Of a stretch of DNA of 64,000 bases, positions 1-9,710 are shown one piece after another (position 1 is the first letter of the stretch; each line of letters starts with the position of its first letter). Both the position numbers and the translations under genes were made by a program. Location of the stretch: the NCBI GenBank assembly GCA_963800255.1, contig CAWDAK010000016.1, positions 12,815 through 76,814 of the forward strand, given 5' to 3'. This stretch comes from an uncultured Ignavibacteria bacterium. GTDB lineage: Bacteria; Bacteroidota; Ignavibacteria; Ignavibacteriales; Ignavibacteriaceae. The notes beneath the pieces are model-generated. The model was not told where the DNA came from. It ran no database searches and worked only from the letters and a program-made list of their open reading frames with translations.

Positions 1-235
1 TATCCGAAAACACCAACCCCTCACCACCCCGTACATCCCCCACACCCTCCTTATGCATCCGGCAACTCCCACCAACCTCTTATGTATCTTCCCAATTGCT
101 CTTTGCATCCGCCACCTCGCCCGATATGTCACGAACCTGCCATATTGCGCCTTGCCTTCGGTGCATCGCACCGCAACGTTCGTAGACCCGCGTATCCAAA
201 AACACCAACCCCCACCAATCTATAAATTTCTGTCG
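1..235. repeat. Dispersed intergenic repeat family, partial copy/array at window edge
   Basis: About 81..215 matches about 3503..3638 almost base for base by eye. 1..60 matches the tails at 3612.. and 3843... Core hairpin CGGTGC-ATC-GCACCG at 159..173. ORF 53..277 lies wholly inside the repeat. Confidence 0.8.
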
Positions 236-364
236 TTTTTCCGCATCATAATCTCAGTAGTCCCTATTTCAGTATGAACCCCGGTGCACGCGAATAATTG
301 GGGTTGTTTATTTTATTTAATTCTTATATGTTGAAATCACGAAATATAGGGAAAGGGTTATTTA

Positions 365-1159
365 ATGCGGGAGCCGTTTAAACCATCGAAATCATTTTTT
401 CAGTTATTCTTCCTGTTAATTGTAATTACCGCCGCCGGCTGCAGCGATAAGGTCGTGTCTCCGCCTCCGGAGAAGGTCTTCGGTGTGCAGGGTACTGTGC
501 TGGATACTGCCGGAAACCCGGTTAGCGGGGCAAAGTTTTACTGCTTGTTCGATTACGGGTATATACCGGATTCTACGGGTGGACCCTCGTTCCCTGATAG
601 TCCGCTGAGAGATAGTGTCTTCAGTAATGAGCTTTTTCAGAATTTCCCTAACCCGCTTTCCAAAGATACTTACCTCAGGTTCTCCCTCCACCAGAAAAGC
701 GCCGTGGATTTGAGGCTTATATCAAAGCTTGACGGCAGTGTGGTGTATGAGCTTCAGGATACTTTGGAGTATGGTCTTTACCAGCGGTACCTCGCCATTG
801 GCAGCAGCCCCCGGGTGAAGAACGGCATTTACCGCTATGTGCTTGGTATTACTCCCATCGGAGGGACGCCCATTCAATTTGAGAAGGAGATGCTGATATT
901 GAATTACAGCAATGCGCCTAATTTTGTTTCCACAAGCTCCGGGTACTATTTGTTCAATTATAATGATGCTTTTGTCGGCGACACGGTGAGTGATTGCTAC
1001 TCTTTTGAACCCGGGAGTATTTATAAACATATTATTACTCCCATCGTTTATATGCGGGTTTCTAAGGAAGGGTATATAACGCAATGGCTTGGTTTTAATT
1101 TGTTCGAGGGGGTGCTTTTTAACCAGGATATTATTCTCCGGAAGGAGGAAAATTTATGA
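365..1159 (+). CDS. Secreted lipoprotein-like protein with an internal T9SS-CTD-like segment
   Basis: N-terminal hydrophobic segment ends in AAGCS (lipobox-like). Residues ~90-180 read LFQNFPNPLSKDTYLRFSL...GIYRYVL...FEKEMLILN, the pattern of a Por_Secre_tail domain, followed by ~85 further residues. The stop overlaps the next start (ATGA). Confidence 0.6.
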   Translation: MREPFKPSKSFFQLFFLLIVITAAGCSDKVVSPPPEKVFGVQGTVLDTAGNPVSGAKFYCLFDYGYIPDSTGGPSFPDSPLRDSVFSNELFQNFPNPLSKDTYLRFSLHQKSAVDLRLISKLDGSVVYELQDTLEYGLYQRYLAIGSSPRVKNGIYRYVLGITPIGGTPIQFEKEMLILNYSNAPNFVSTSSGYYLFNYNDAFVGDTVSDCYSFEPGSIYKHIITPIVYMRVSKEGYITQWLGFNLFEGVLFNQDIILRKEENL

Positions 1160-3372
1160 GGACCGCAGCTTTCCTAATCGTGCTCTTTGTTATTCTTTGC
1201 GGTGAAGCTTTCCCGCAGGGCGCCTGGCAGTGGATTACTCCTTATCCTTCTCCGTATCTGCCTTCTCATTCTGATCTTAACGGGGGGACGGTTTATTACA
1301 AATCGGGCAGATCGTTTTATAAGTCTTCTGACGGCGGACTTACTTTCAGCCATCCGGTTTCTTTCGCTGCTCCTGGCAATGGGCAGCCTCTTGCTTCGGG
1401 AAGTAAGATATCTTTTGCGGATTCTCTTATCGGCTTTATTACTGATGATTATGTTTATAGGACTCTTGACGGCGGAAAGACATGGACAAACTATATTCAG
1501 ACTTACGGATACCATATGGTTGAGTTTGCAGAGGGCGGAACGGGCTGGCTGCTGGGATCGGCTTTTAGAAAGTCTACTGATTATGGAGTGACCTGGAACT
1601 ATCTGAATTCCAACTTATTCGGTATTCCCGGCCCTGCGTATAATATTTTTGCCCTGGATGAGCATCGGTTGTGGGTGTGCAAGTCGTTTAATTATGATAA
1701 CGGCGGATCTGTCTGCTATAGTTCTGACGGCGGCTATACGTGGAGTGTTCAGAGTCCTGTATCTTCTGATTCTCTTAATCACGTCTTCTTCGTTGATGTG
1801 CGCGTGAATGAAACAGGGATCGGTTTTGCGGTGGGCTATGTTCAGAATGCGGTGGATTATTCTTCTAAACCCCTGGTTTTGCGTACTACTGACTTCGGAA
1901 GTGACTGGCAGGTGGTTCCCTCTGATAGTTCTGTCTTTCCCCGGTTTATTGTTTCAAAGAATGACCGTGAATGGGTACTTGTTGGCACTAATGAATATAA
2001 TTCAATTACTTCGCTTATGAGAACTGATGACTCCGGTTTGACCTGGGAATATAAAACGAATATTTTCGGGGCCACCGTCTGGGAAATGGTTTCTACTGCT
2101 GAGTATGTTTCTTCTGAGGACCTCCTCCTGGTGAGCGGTACTCACGGTATTTATCGTTCTTATGATTTTGGGGATTCTTTCACCAGGGTTTCGGGTAAGA
2201 ATGATATAAGTTTTAACGGCTTTGCGATTGACAGACAGGCAGCTTCGCTTGAAAATCAGCTGGCTGTGGTGATCTCAACTGGCGACAGCCTGATTTTTAG
2301 TGAAGACGGCGGCAGGAACTGGGAAAAGCAGTTTTTCCCGGATCAGGGGACGTTCACAGGCGAGGTTGCGGTTTCGGAGAGGACTATATTTGCCGTAAGC
2401 AATGCGACTAACCTTATAAAATCAACGGATCACGGTGCTTCGTGGCAAGTTATTTTCAGCGGATTTGGAGGTATAAGGAATCTGGAAGCTCTTTCTTCTT
2501 CAGATGTTGCCTTCGTTTCCTGGGACGGTCGTAACATAGTTTTATTTTATACGCTTAACGGAGGTGAAAACTGGTATACAACGCCCTATTTCAACTGGTT
2601 TGAAAACGATATGGATATGTTTTCACCCGGCAAGGTGTATGCCTGCGGGCGTTACGCAGTTTCAGCCGGGTCGCAGGGGTATATTTATTCTACGGATAAT
2701 TACGGGCGCGACTGGCGTATTTTTGATACTGAAGATGAGGTGTTAAAAATCAAATCGCTCGATCCTTCTACGGCTTTTGCTGTTTCAGCTCATAATCAAT
2801 ACCGTACAACTAATGCCGGTAAAACGTGGGTGAAGAGGCTGCATACTTCAGGCTACTATTCAAACTTTTCTTTCAGGGATTCATTGAATGGAATTTTGAA
2901 TATAGATTACGATTTACATGAAACAACTGACGGGGGACGAAACTGGCGGCGTATAGGTGATAAACTGCCCGGTATAGGTAACTGGCCTTATATGGAATAT
3001 AATAAAGCGGGCGACTTACTTATTGCCGGCGGCAGCGGAGTGGGCATACTTGAGAATGAAAATTATAATCCCGGCGAAAAGTTTGAAAATCCTCATCCCC
3101 AAAAACCCGTCGATTATACATTGTATCAGAATTATCCCAATCCCTTCAACCCCACAACTTCCATAAAGTATGAAATACAGAATGGCGGACTGGTGCAGCT
3201 GAAGGTATATGATATACTCGGCAGGGAGGTAGTCACGCTCGTTAATGCCTACCAGCCCTCAGGAAATCATACGGTGGAATTCGATGGTCATAATTTGTCA
3301 AGCGGAATTTATTTCTATCAGCTTAAATCAGGCAGCTTTTCTTCAACCAGAAAATTTATCCTGATGAAATAA
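1156..3372 (+). CDS. Secreted BNR/Asp-box beta-propeller protein with T9SS type-A C-terminal sorting domain
   Basis: Signal-like N-terminus. At least 12 Asp-box-like motifs (SSDGGLTF, TLDGGKTW, STDYGVTW, SSDGGYTW, TDDSGLTW, SEDGGRNW, STDHGASW, TTDGGRNW and others). C-terminus YQNYPNPFNPTTSIKYEI...KVYDILGREV...GIYFYQLKSG...KFILMK is a classic T9SS CTD. Confidence 0.85.
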   Translation: MRTAAFLIVLFVILCGEAFPQGAWQWITPYPSPYLPSHSDLNGGTVYYKSGRSFYKSSDGGLTFSHPVSFAAPGNGQPLASGSKISFADSLIGFITDDYVYRTLDGGKTWTNYIQTYGYHMVEFAEGGTGWLLGSAFRKSTDYGVTWNYLNSNLFGIPGPAYNIFALDEHRLWVCKSFNYDNGGSVCYSSDGGYTWSVQSPVSSDSLNHVFFVDVRVNETGIGFAVGYVQNAVDYSSKPLVLRTTDFGSDWQVVPSDSSVFPRFIVSKNDREWVLVGTNEYNSITSLMRTDDSGLTWEYKTNIFGATVWEMVSTAEYVSSEDLLLVSGTHGIYRSYDFGDSFTRVSGKNDISFNGFAIDRQAASLENQLAVVISTGDSLIFSEDGGRNWEKQFFPDQGTFTGEVAVSERTIFAVSNATNLIKSTDHGASWQVIFSGFGGIRNLEALSSSDVAFVSWDGRNIVLFYTLNGGENWYTTPYFNWFENDMDMFSPGKVYACGRYAVSAGSQGYIYSTDNYGRDWRIFDTEDEVLKIKSLDPSTAFAVSAHNQYRTTNAGKTWVKRLHTSGYYSNFSFRDSLNGILNIDYDLHETTDGGRNWRRIGDKLPGIGNWPYMEYNKAGDLLIAGGSGVGILENENYNPGEKFENPHPQKPVDYTLYQNYPNPFNPTTSIKYEIQNGGLVQLKVYDILGREVVTLVNAYQPSGNHTVEFDGHNLSSGIYFYQLKSGSFSSTRKFILMK

Positions 3373-3374
3373 AA

Positions 3375-3905
3375 AAAGAACCCGGTACCGCACCCATCGC
3401 TTTACGTATTTCCTCGTTATTGCGCCTTGCATCCGATGCCTCGCACCAACACGTTCGTAACATCTTCGTGTAATCATTCCAACTCTCCTTGCCGCATTGT
3501 ATTATGTATCTTCCTAATTGCTTTTTGCATCCGGCCACCTCGCCCGATATGTCACGAACCTGCCATATTGCCCCTTGCCTTCGGTGCATCGCACCGCAAC
3601 GTTCGTAGACCTGCGTATCCAAAAACACCAACCCCCCACCACCCCGCACATCCCCCACACCCTCCCTATTGCACCTTGCATCCGTTGCAACTCACCAACG
3701 TCTTATGCTTCTTCCTAAAACATCCCCCCACACCTTCCTTATTGCCCCTTGCATCCGGCCCCTCACACCATCGTCTTCTGTATTTCCTTGCTATTGCCCT
3801 TTGCCTTCGGTGCATCGCACCGCAACGTTCGTAGACCTGCGTATCCGAAAACACCAACCCCACCAACCTCCCTCCACACCTCTCCAACCTCCCCCCACAC
3901 CCCTC
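3375..3905. repeat. Array of the dispersed intergenic repeat family (about 2.3 units of ~225 nt)
   Basis: Repeated block ...TTGCCTTCGGTGCATCGCACCGCAACGTTCGTAGACCTGCGTATCC(A/G)AAAACACCAACCCC... with hairpin cores at 3582..3596 and 3808..3822. Near-identical to 81..215. Confidence 0.85.
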
Positions 3906-4051
3906 ACCACCCCCAGAATAATATTAAAGCTATGCCGCAATCAGCCATTATTATTGGCGCAAATGCCTCTTTCCCTGTTCATTATTTTCTGCTAGATTAC
4001 AAATGTTTAATTAAAACAATATAAATCAACAATTCAGCAGCGAGGCGCGAT

Positions 4052-4667
4052 ATGAGAAAAATAATCGTTTCATCATTTATTACATTGGATGGCGTGATGC
4101 AGGCTCCGGGAGGCCCTGAAGAGGACGAATCCGGAAATTTCAGGTACGGCGGTTGGTCTGCACCTTATGGCGACGATGTTGCCGCTGAACTTATGAATAA
4201 GCAGATGATACCTGCTGACCTCCTTTTAGGCAGAAAAACATTTGAAATTTTTGCCTCTTACTGGCCTGAGCATGCAGCGGTCTGGCCGGGAATCAATGAT
4301 GTTACTAAATATGTTCTGTCTACAACCATGAAAAAGTCAGATTGGAAGAACTCGGTTTTTCTCAGCAGCCTGGAAGATATTAAAAAGCTCAAAAATCAGT
4401 CTGCCGGCAGTAACGACTCTAGAGAGTTCCAACATTGTGGTTTGGGGAAGCAGTGAGCTTATTCAATTACTGCTTAAAAATGATCTGGTGGACGAACTCT
4501 GGCTTAAAATTTATCCCTTAACCCTTGGTGAAGGAAAAAAGTTATTTATTGATGGTGCAATCGCGGCAGCGTTTACATTAATTGAAAGTTCTGTTACGTC
4601 TGATGGAGTTATTTTTGCCAATTACAAGAGAGCCGGGGATGTAACAACAGGCACCGTTGGAGCTTAA
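4052..4667 (+). pseudogene. Dihydrofolate reductase family (RibD C-terminal domain, YyaP/YwjB-like) gene split by a +1 frameshift
   Basis: ORF 4052..4456 starts MRKIIVSSFITLDGVMQAPGGPEED..GGW, the typical N-terminus of this family. ORF 4437..4667 (GTG start) reads VWGSSELIQLLLKNDLVDELWLKIYPLTLGEGKKLF, the typical C-terminal half. 4437-4052 = 385 = 3n+1, so the frame break lies roughly at 4400..4436. Confidence 0.75.
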
Positions 4668-5029
4668 GACAATTTTCCAGTTATCGTTTTTCCGCATCCT
4701 AACTTTTGGCAAGTATCATTCCCCAAACGAGCAGGCAAATGATAACTGCATGGTAGATAATCGCAGCTTTCGAAATCAATCACTTATCTTTTTCATCGTC
4801 CGCCTTCACTATTAAATAAAGCAGTTGAGTGGAATCCTGATATAATCCGTTGTCATTAAATAATAGTTAACTATTGACTATTAATATTTTATATACGAAG
4901 TTGTCTAAAAATAGTTGAGTTTGATTCCGGATAAGGTCCTGGGCCTACGACCGTGTTCAGGAAGGTATGTTGAAACAAAAAGGATGATATTTTTAAAATA
5001 GCATTTACAATATAAATTGAGGTGCAGTA

Positions 5030-5617
5030 ATGAAAAATCACAATCCTTTCCGGAGTTTGTTTGCATTTTGCCTGGCCTGTTTTTCTCTGCTTATAATTAT
5101 CGGCTGTTCAGGCGAGGGTAAAGACAATAATTATTCGGAAGAATTAAAAGTAAAGGATGAGGCACAGCCCCAGGAAAAGCAGTCGGGCTTTGATATTTCA
5201 AAAATCAATATTTGTGAATTGGTTCCCGACGAATTAGTTGCAAAGACTCTGGGAGCAAAAACAATTAAACCGGCTGTTAGCAGTGATTACGGCGTTACTA
5301 AAGGATGCACTTATGTAATTGATCCCGCTGGTCCTGATAACATCGAAAATTGTATAGTCTGGACTAACCCCCCTTCAACGTTTACAAGCACGGAAGATGA
5401 ATTGGAAACTGCAAAAGGACTTGGACAGGAGGCATCGGCTGAAAATCTTGAAGGACTGGGTGATGAAGCTTTTGTAGTGCACAATAAAACCGAACAGCAG
5501 TCAGTAATTTTTGTTCTGCTTAAGGGTAAAATGAGTTTACAGGTTGGTGCGGATCATTTTGAAGATGCAAAAAAGCTGACGGAACTTATTTTATCTGAGC
5601 TTAAGAATATTCAATAA
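5030..5617 (+). CDS. Hypothetical lipoprotein
   Basis: Signal peptide with lipobox LLIIIGCSG, preceded by GAGG. No recognisable catalytic motif. Confidence 0.55.
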   Translation: MKNHNPFRSLFAFCLACFSLLIIIGCSGEGKDNNYSEELKVKDEAQPQEKQSGFDISKINICELVPDELVAKTLGAKTIKPAVSSDYGVTKGCTYVIDPAGPDNIENCIVWTNPPSTFTSTEDELETAKGLGQEASAENLEGLGDEAFVVHNKTEQQSVIFVLLKGKMSLQVGADHFEDAKKLTELILSELKNIQ

Positions 5618-5639
5618 TAGTGGAATGATAGGTTTTCCG

Positions 5640-5800
5640 GGGTATGGAGGGTGGATACCTGTAACTACTGATATATCGGTGCGCTGCACCTAAGAGCAAA
5701 AATCCACGAATATTGCAGAGCGCTGCACCTAAGAGCAAAAATCCTCGAATGTTGCGGTGCGCGTACCTAAAGCAAGAATCCACGAGTATTGCAGAGCGCC
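5640..5800. repeat. Dispersed intergenic repeat family, reverse orientation, degenerate tandem copies
   Basis: GGTGGATACCTGTAACTACTGATATATCGGTGCGCTGCACC is the reverse complement of the 41-nt unit seen at 17228.. and elsewhere. It is followed by ~45-nt repeats ...GCGCTGCACCTAAGAGCAAAAATCC.CGAAT.TTGC... Confidence 0.7.
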
Positions 5801-5813
5801 GCACCGGGCAGAC

Positions 5814-6800
5814 TCATTGCCGTACTGCTTCTGCCTTCTGAATTAGAAGTTCTTTATCGTAACCGGTTATTTTGTCGAACAATTTGCCGTCTTTATAAAA
5901 GCTTACAACGGGGATCATGTCTTTGGATATGCCGAACTCATCACCGATCATTTTGTCTTCTTCGATATCGACTAAAACTGTCTTTATACCGGCCGGTGAA
6001 GGCAGCAGGCTTGGATAGTATTTCCTGCATTGGGTGCAGGTATCTGCACTCCATAAAACAATCACCGGTTTTTCGGCTTCTTTAAGGAATGTATTCAGGT
6101 CGTAATCACCCAAAAGCCTGAGGGAGTAAGGCGACATTTGGTCATACGCCGCTTTTGATACACTTATGTCAAACGGTTCACCGGTTCTTTTGATTGTAAG
6201 TTTAATACTGCCTGATTCTTCTGAGTCAATTTTATTAAGAACTTCCTGCAGACTTAAGCCGGCTATATCTTCACCGTTTACCCTCAGGATTTTATCGCCT
6301 GCATAAAATTTTTGCATTCTGCTGCTTACGCGGTGACCTACTTTGTCAATGCTTTTAATATATATGCCATCGGGAAGCGCCATTAGCTTCATTCCTACCA
6401 GGGCCGATTTCCTGTTTGCTTTAAGGTTTTCTTCCACTCGTTTAATATCTGCTTCAACATTTTCTTTATCGGGTGCATCCGGGTAAAGCTCAAGGTATTT
6501 TTTAAATTCCTTTACCGAGTTTGTTAAATTCCCCTCCAGCATTAAAAGGGTTCTGCCCAGGTAATAATGCACATCGGCAAATTCCGGAGCCGCTTTATTT
6601 ACTTCTTTGAACAGTCTTAATGCATTATCAATGTCGGCTGGTACTTTTGCCGAATCTACATCGTTTATTCCTTCAAGCAGCAGGTCTTTAACATTGTCAG
6701 GGATTTCCTGCTGTGCATTGAGCGGTATAGCCGCAGCGAATTCCAATACAAAAAGCAGAACAATAACCAGACAACTATTTTTGTGGTTTCTCGAGATCAT
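5814..6800 (-). CDS. Secreted TPR - PDZ - thioredoxin-like (CxxC) fusion protein
   Basis: Signal peptide. TPR-like helical N-terminal part. PDZ-like stretch PDGIYIKSIDKVGHRVSS..FYAGDKILRVNGEDIAGLSLQEVLNKI. Trx-like VIVLWSADTCTQCRKYYP...KTVLVDIEED...VVSFYKDGK. Confidence 0.65.
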   Translation of the reverse strand: MISRNHKNSCLVIVLLFVLEFAAAIPLNAQQEIPDNVKDLLLEGINDVDSAKVPADIDNALRLFKEVNKAAPEFADVHYYLGRTLLMLEGNLTNSVKEFKKYLELYPDAPDKENVEADIKRVEENLKANRKSALVGMKLMALPDGIYIKSIDKVGHRVSSRMQKFYAGDKILRVNGEDIAGLSLQEVLNKIDSEESGSIKLTIKRTGEPFDISVSKAAYDQMSPYSLRLLGDYDLNTFLKEAEKPVIVLWSADTCTQCRKYYPSLLPSPAGIKTVLVDIEEDKMIGDEFGISKDMIPVVSFYKDGKLFDKITGYDKELLIQKAEAVRQ

Positions 6801-7902
6801 AAGTACTCCGGATATTTTCTAAATTTTCTAAACTGGTTTTACTTTTATTTAATTCCGCATCAACACTGTTGCCTTCTTCAACTGATTCATTTAGCGCTGC
6901 AAGGGCTTCTTTTAACAGCTGATCGCCGTCGTTTTCAGGCGGGTTTAATTTCAGTTCTTCCACTGCCTGTTTCTTTTCTTCTATAACTTTTTTAATGCTC
7001 GTCTCTTTTTCTTTTAACAACTCCACATTAACTTTAATACTGTCAGCCTTGTATTTTACGGCCTGGTAAATCATTTGCTGAAATCCAACGGGGTTTGCAG
7101 TGCTTACATCAGGGATTACATATTTTATTTCGGGACAATCGGATGACTTCGGGTTTGTAAAATCTGAAAGTGAACGCATATTTTCCATCGAACCATCGGG
7201 ATCTTCAAAATTACCGTTTCCCAGCAAAACAGTTTCAGCCGCTTCAATGCTTTGCTGTGAGGCGCAATTCAGCTGTTTAATATTCTTCATAGCTTCCGAC
7301 TTTACAATCCTGTTTTTGAAATCGTTTGCCGTATTTTTTTGCTGATCTGAAAAATTTTCACTCAGTATTTGTGAATACTCAGCCTGTACCTTTTCTACCT
7401 GCTGCTTCCATTTTTCCTGTTTTTCTTTGGCTAAACGAATCTCTTCTTCAGTTAGCGGACGCGGTGTCGGGGAGACGTATACATTGCTGTGACCCTGGGA
7501 AGTGGTGTTTTCATCAGTGGAAGGTGAAAATATCCAGTCAAACAGTCCCTGAATTAAAGGTGCGGCTACGGTCTCTACCAATTGTTGATTGAAATCTCCG
7601 CTGCCTGATGAACCCCCGTAACTTGTGCTGCTTGTACCATCACATTTTTCACAATGCATTTTTCCCCTGATGTACGGGTCGCCCGACTGACTAACCGCTT
7701 GATCAATCATTTGCTTACATTCTGTTTCAGTAGAAAAATTACCCTGGCGTTTTGCGTAACTGATTCCTTGCTGCCGCAGTTCGTTAATTAGTTGATCTGA
7801 ATAGACTATTTGCCATTGGGCAAAAGTTGTTTCGGAAAAAAAGAAAAACGGAATTACGCTTAGCAAAAGACCTGTTTTTAAGGTGTGCATTCTTTTGTTC
7901 AT
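6775..7902 (-). CDS. Hypothetical secreted coiled-coil protein
   Basis: Signal peptide ending TFAQ. The long K/E/Q-rich helical C-terminal half has no recognisable motif. Confidence 0.5.
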   Translation of the reverse strand: MNKRMHTLKTGLLLSVIPFFFFSETTFAQWQIVYSDQLINELRQQGISYAKRQGNFSTETECKQMIDQAVSQSGDPYIRGKMHCEKCDGTSSTSYGGSSGSGDFNQQLVETVAAPLIQGLFDWIFSPSTDENTTSQGHSNVYVSPTPRPLTEEEIRLAKEKQEKWKQQVEKVQAEYSQILSENFSDQQKNTANDFKNRIVKSEAMKNIKQLNCASQQSIEAAETVLLGNGNFEDPDGSMENMRSLSDFTNPKSSDCPEIKYVIPDVSTANPVGFQQMIYQAVKYKADSIKVNVELLKEKETSIKKVIEEKKQAVEELKLNPPENDGDQLLKEALAALNESVEEGNSVDAELNKSKTSLENLENIRSTYDLEKPQK

Positions 7903-7957
7903 ATTAATTCCTTTAGATTTAATTTATAATTGCCGTCTTCCGCTGAACAAAGTATAT

Positions 7958-9505
7958 TTATTTTTTTGTCGGCACTCCATACAATGGGGTTACAATAAAA
8001 TACCTGCTCTTGCAGAAGTCAGCAGGTGAATAGTCTATTCCCGCTAATTTCTTAATTTCGTCATCCGTTTCAGGAACAATTTTTCCTGAATTTATCAGCA
8101 CCCACCGGCTCGATTCCGAACAAACCATATCTGTTCCGATTACGCCGTATTTTGTGCCGGTAATTAAATTATTGGATTGCTGTACTTTCATTTGCAGTTG
8201 TTCATCGGCTAACTGCCTTGCTGTCTGGTATAATTTTTCTCCGTCTTTGTCTTCAAGCGGTTCAATGAGCTGCGCAACTTTAGCATCACGACTACCGTAG
8301 AGATAAAGATATTCCTGCTCCGAGATTATCATTGGTCCTTTTCCCGGCAGATTGTCAAGGAACATTTTCTTTCCGTTAATTGATTTAAGATATATGAGTG
8401 TGTGCGAAGCTGAGGATTCTTTTGTTGACGAAATTACTTCATCTCCTTTATTTATCCAGTAACTCATTGACAATTTGCTTGAGTCTTTTGAGATAAGCAG
8501 TACGTCCCCCGGCAGTAATTCATCAAACTTTTTGCCCGGAAGGGGAGGGGGTGCATTTGCTTTTAATGAGGTATATAAATTATTAACGTATTGATTGGGA
8601 TTTTTATAACGCTGCCGGATCAAGGTATCTTTATTCTTCAACCATTCTTCGTTATTATTTTGAAACTCAAATTGCTCGGCCTTCAGCTCCCCATTGCCAT
8701 TACCTTTTTTCAGATCAGCAATTAATGCGTTCAGTTTTTTCTGATATTCATTAAGTAATGCCAGGTTTTCTGAATTTTTCACTTTGGCCGCTTTTGCTTT
8801 TCTGATTGCTTCAAGCGACACCTGCTCCGCCTCAGCGTTTCCTTTCTGCTGTGCAATGTCGAGTATCCTCTCCGATTTGCTGATGGTTGCATCGCACTTT
8901 TGAATATTTGCCGTCGTTTCCCTTATTGATACCCTGGTTCCCTCCAGCCGTGTTTCTAAATTTGCAATGGTGTTTAGCGTCCAGCTGCTTTGGGACGTGC
9001 CTGACTCCTGGGCTAATAAAATTGGATAGTTCAGATAACAGCCAAGGGATATTAGGAATAAGAGGTAACTTATGGTGTATTTTGTTCCGCGGTTCTTTAC
9101 CATTTTTCCCCCATTATTTGCGTCCGTTTCTGCTGCATATTCCTGCGCATTAATTAAGCCTTCTTTTTTCATAGCCTCAAGATCGTGCAGCCTTTGCATA
9201 GGTGTACCGGGGAGATCTTTGTGCTCAGGTTCCGGTTCAGCATCTATGTTAAATAAGGATAACCCCTTTTGATCTTTGAGATTTTTGAGATGGTAGATTA
9301 TCATAAACAGGGCAGTTCCAAGCCACCCGGTCATAAATAAATAAAATACGATCGACATTATTAAAGGTGCTTCGTTATCAGCAAGTACTGATCCCACTAA
9401 AACTGTAAAAGCAATCCCGGCTAACAAGAGAAAAATTAAACCGCCAACCGCTCCGGCTGAAACCGGTTTACCAGCTGATACAGATAACCTGCTTAAAATT
9501 TTCAT
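7958..9505 (-). CDS. Membrane protein: 2 TM + SHOCT-like motif, then a signal-like segment, coiled coil and a C-terminal globular domain (possible fusion of two cistrons)
   Basis: Two hydrophobic helices at the N-terminus. PMQRLHDLEAMKKEGLINAQEYAAE resembles a SHOCT domain. An internal Met at 9103 starts MVKNRGTKYTISYLLFLISLGCYLNYPILLAQE, which is signal-peptide-like. The C-terminal part has His then Cys (SASHT ... MVCSESSRW), possibly a permuted papain-like fold. Confidence 0.45.
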   Translation of the reverse strand: MKILSRLSVSAGKPVSAGAVGGLIFLLLAGIAFTVLVGSVLADNEAPLIMSIVFYLFMTGWLGTALFMIIYHLKNLKDQKGLSLFNIDAEPEPEHKDLPGTPMQRLHDLEAMKKEGLINAQEYAAETDANNGGKMVKNRGTKYTISYLLFLISLGCYLNYPILLAQESGTSQSSWTLNTIANLETRLEGTRVSIRETTANIQKCDATISKSERILDIAQQKGNAEAEQVSLEAIRKAKAAKVKNSENLALLNEYQKKLNALIADLKKGNGNGELKAEQFEFQNNNEEWLKNKDTLIRQRYKNPNQYVNNLYTSLKANAPPPLPGKKFDELLPGDVLLISKDSSKLSMSYWINKGDEVISSTKESSASHTLIYLKSINGKKMFLDNLPGKGPMIISEQEYLYLYGSRDAKVAQLIEPLEDKDGEKLYQTARQLADEQLQMKVQQSNNLITGTKYGVIGTDMVCSESSRWVLINSGKIVPETDDEIKKLAGIDYSPADFCKSRYFIVTPLYGVPTKK

Positions 9506-9710
9506 TTATGATTCCTCCGCAGTCAGGCAATTGATATTGTACAAATGAAAGTGTGTAAAAAAACAGATAGGATAAACATAGGGCATGATCTTCACCTGGA
9601 TTCTCCCTGTTAGTAAAATGGAGGCCGCAGTAAGTCAACAACAGTTTGCAGAATAAATTATTTCTACTATGTAAAGCTAAATTATATTAACCCGGAAAGC
9701 AACCCATCAC

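Noticed and set aside
3427-4024. ORFs 3427..3834, 3518..3718, 3669..3995, 3749..4024 and the antisense ORFs 3356..3658 and 3666..3887
   Set aside because: All lie inside the intergenic repeat array. Their translations are low-complexity P/H/T/C-rich strings that repeat because the DNA repeats, and several frames are open at once. I judged them non-coding.
4680-5029. Possible tRNA, riboswitch or sRNA in the 350-nt gap upstream of 5030 (repeated AGTTGAGT...ATTCC motifs)
   Set aside because: I could not recognise a T-loop (GGTTCGAATCC-like) or a cloverleaf, nor any riboswitch core. The short direct repeat alone is insufficient. The same applies to the other gaps: no tRNA or rRNA signatures were seen anywhere in the window.
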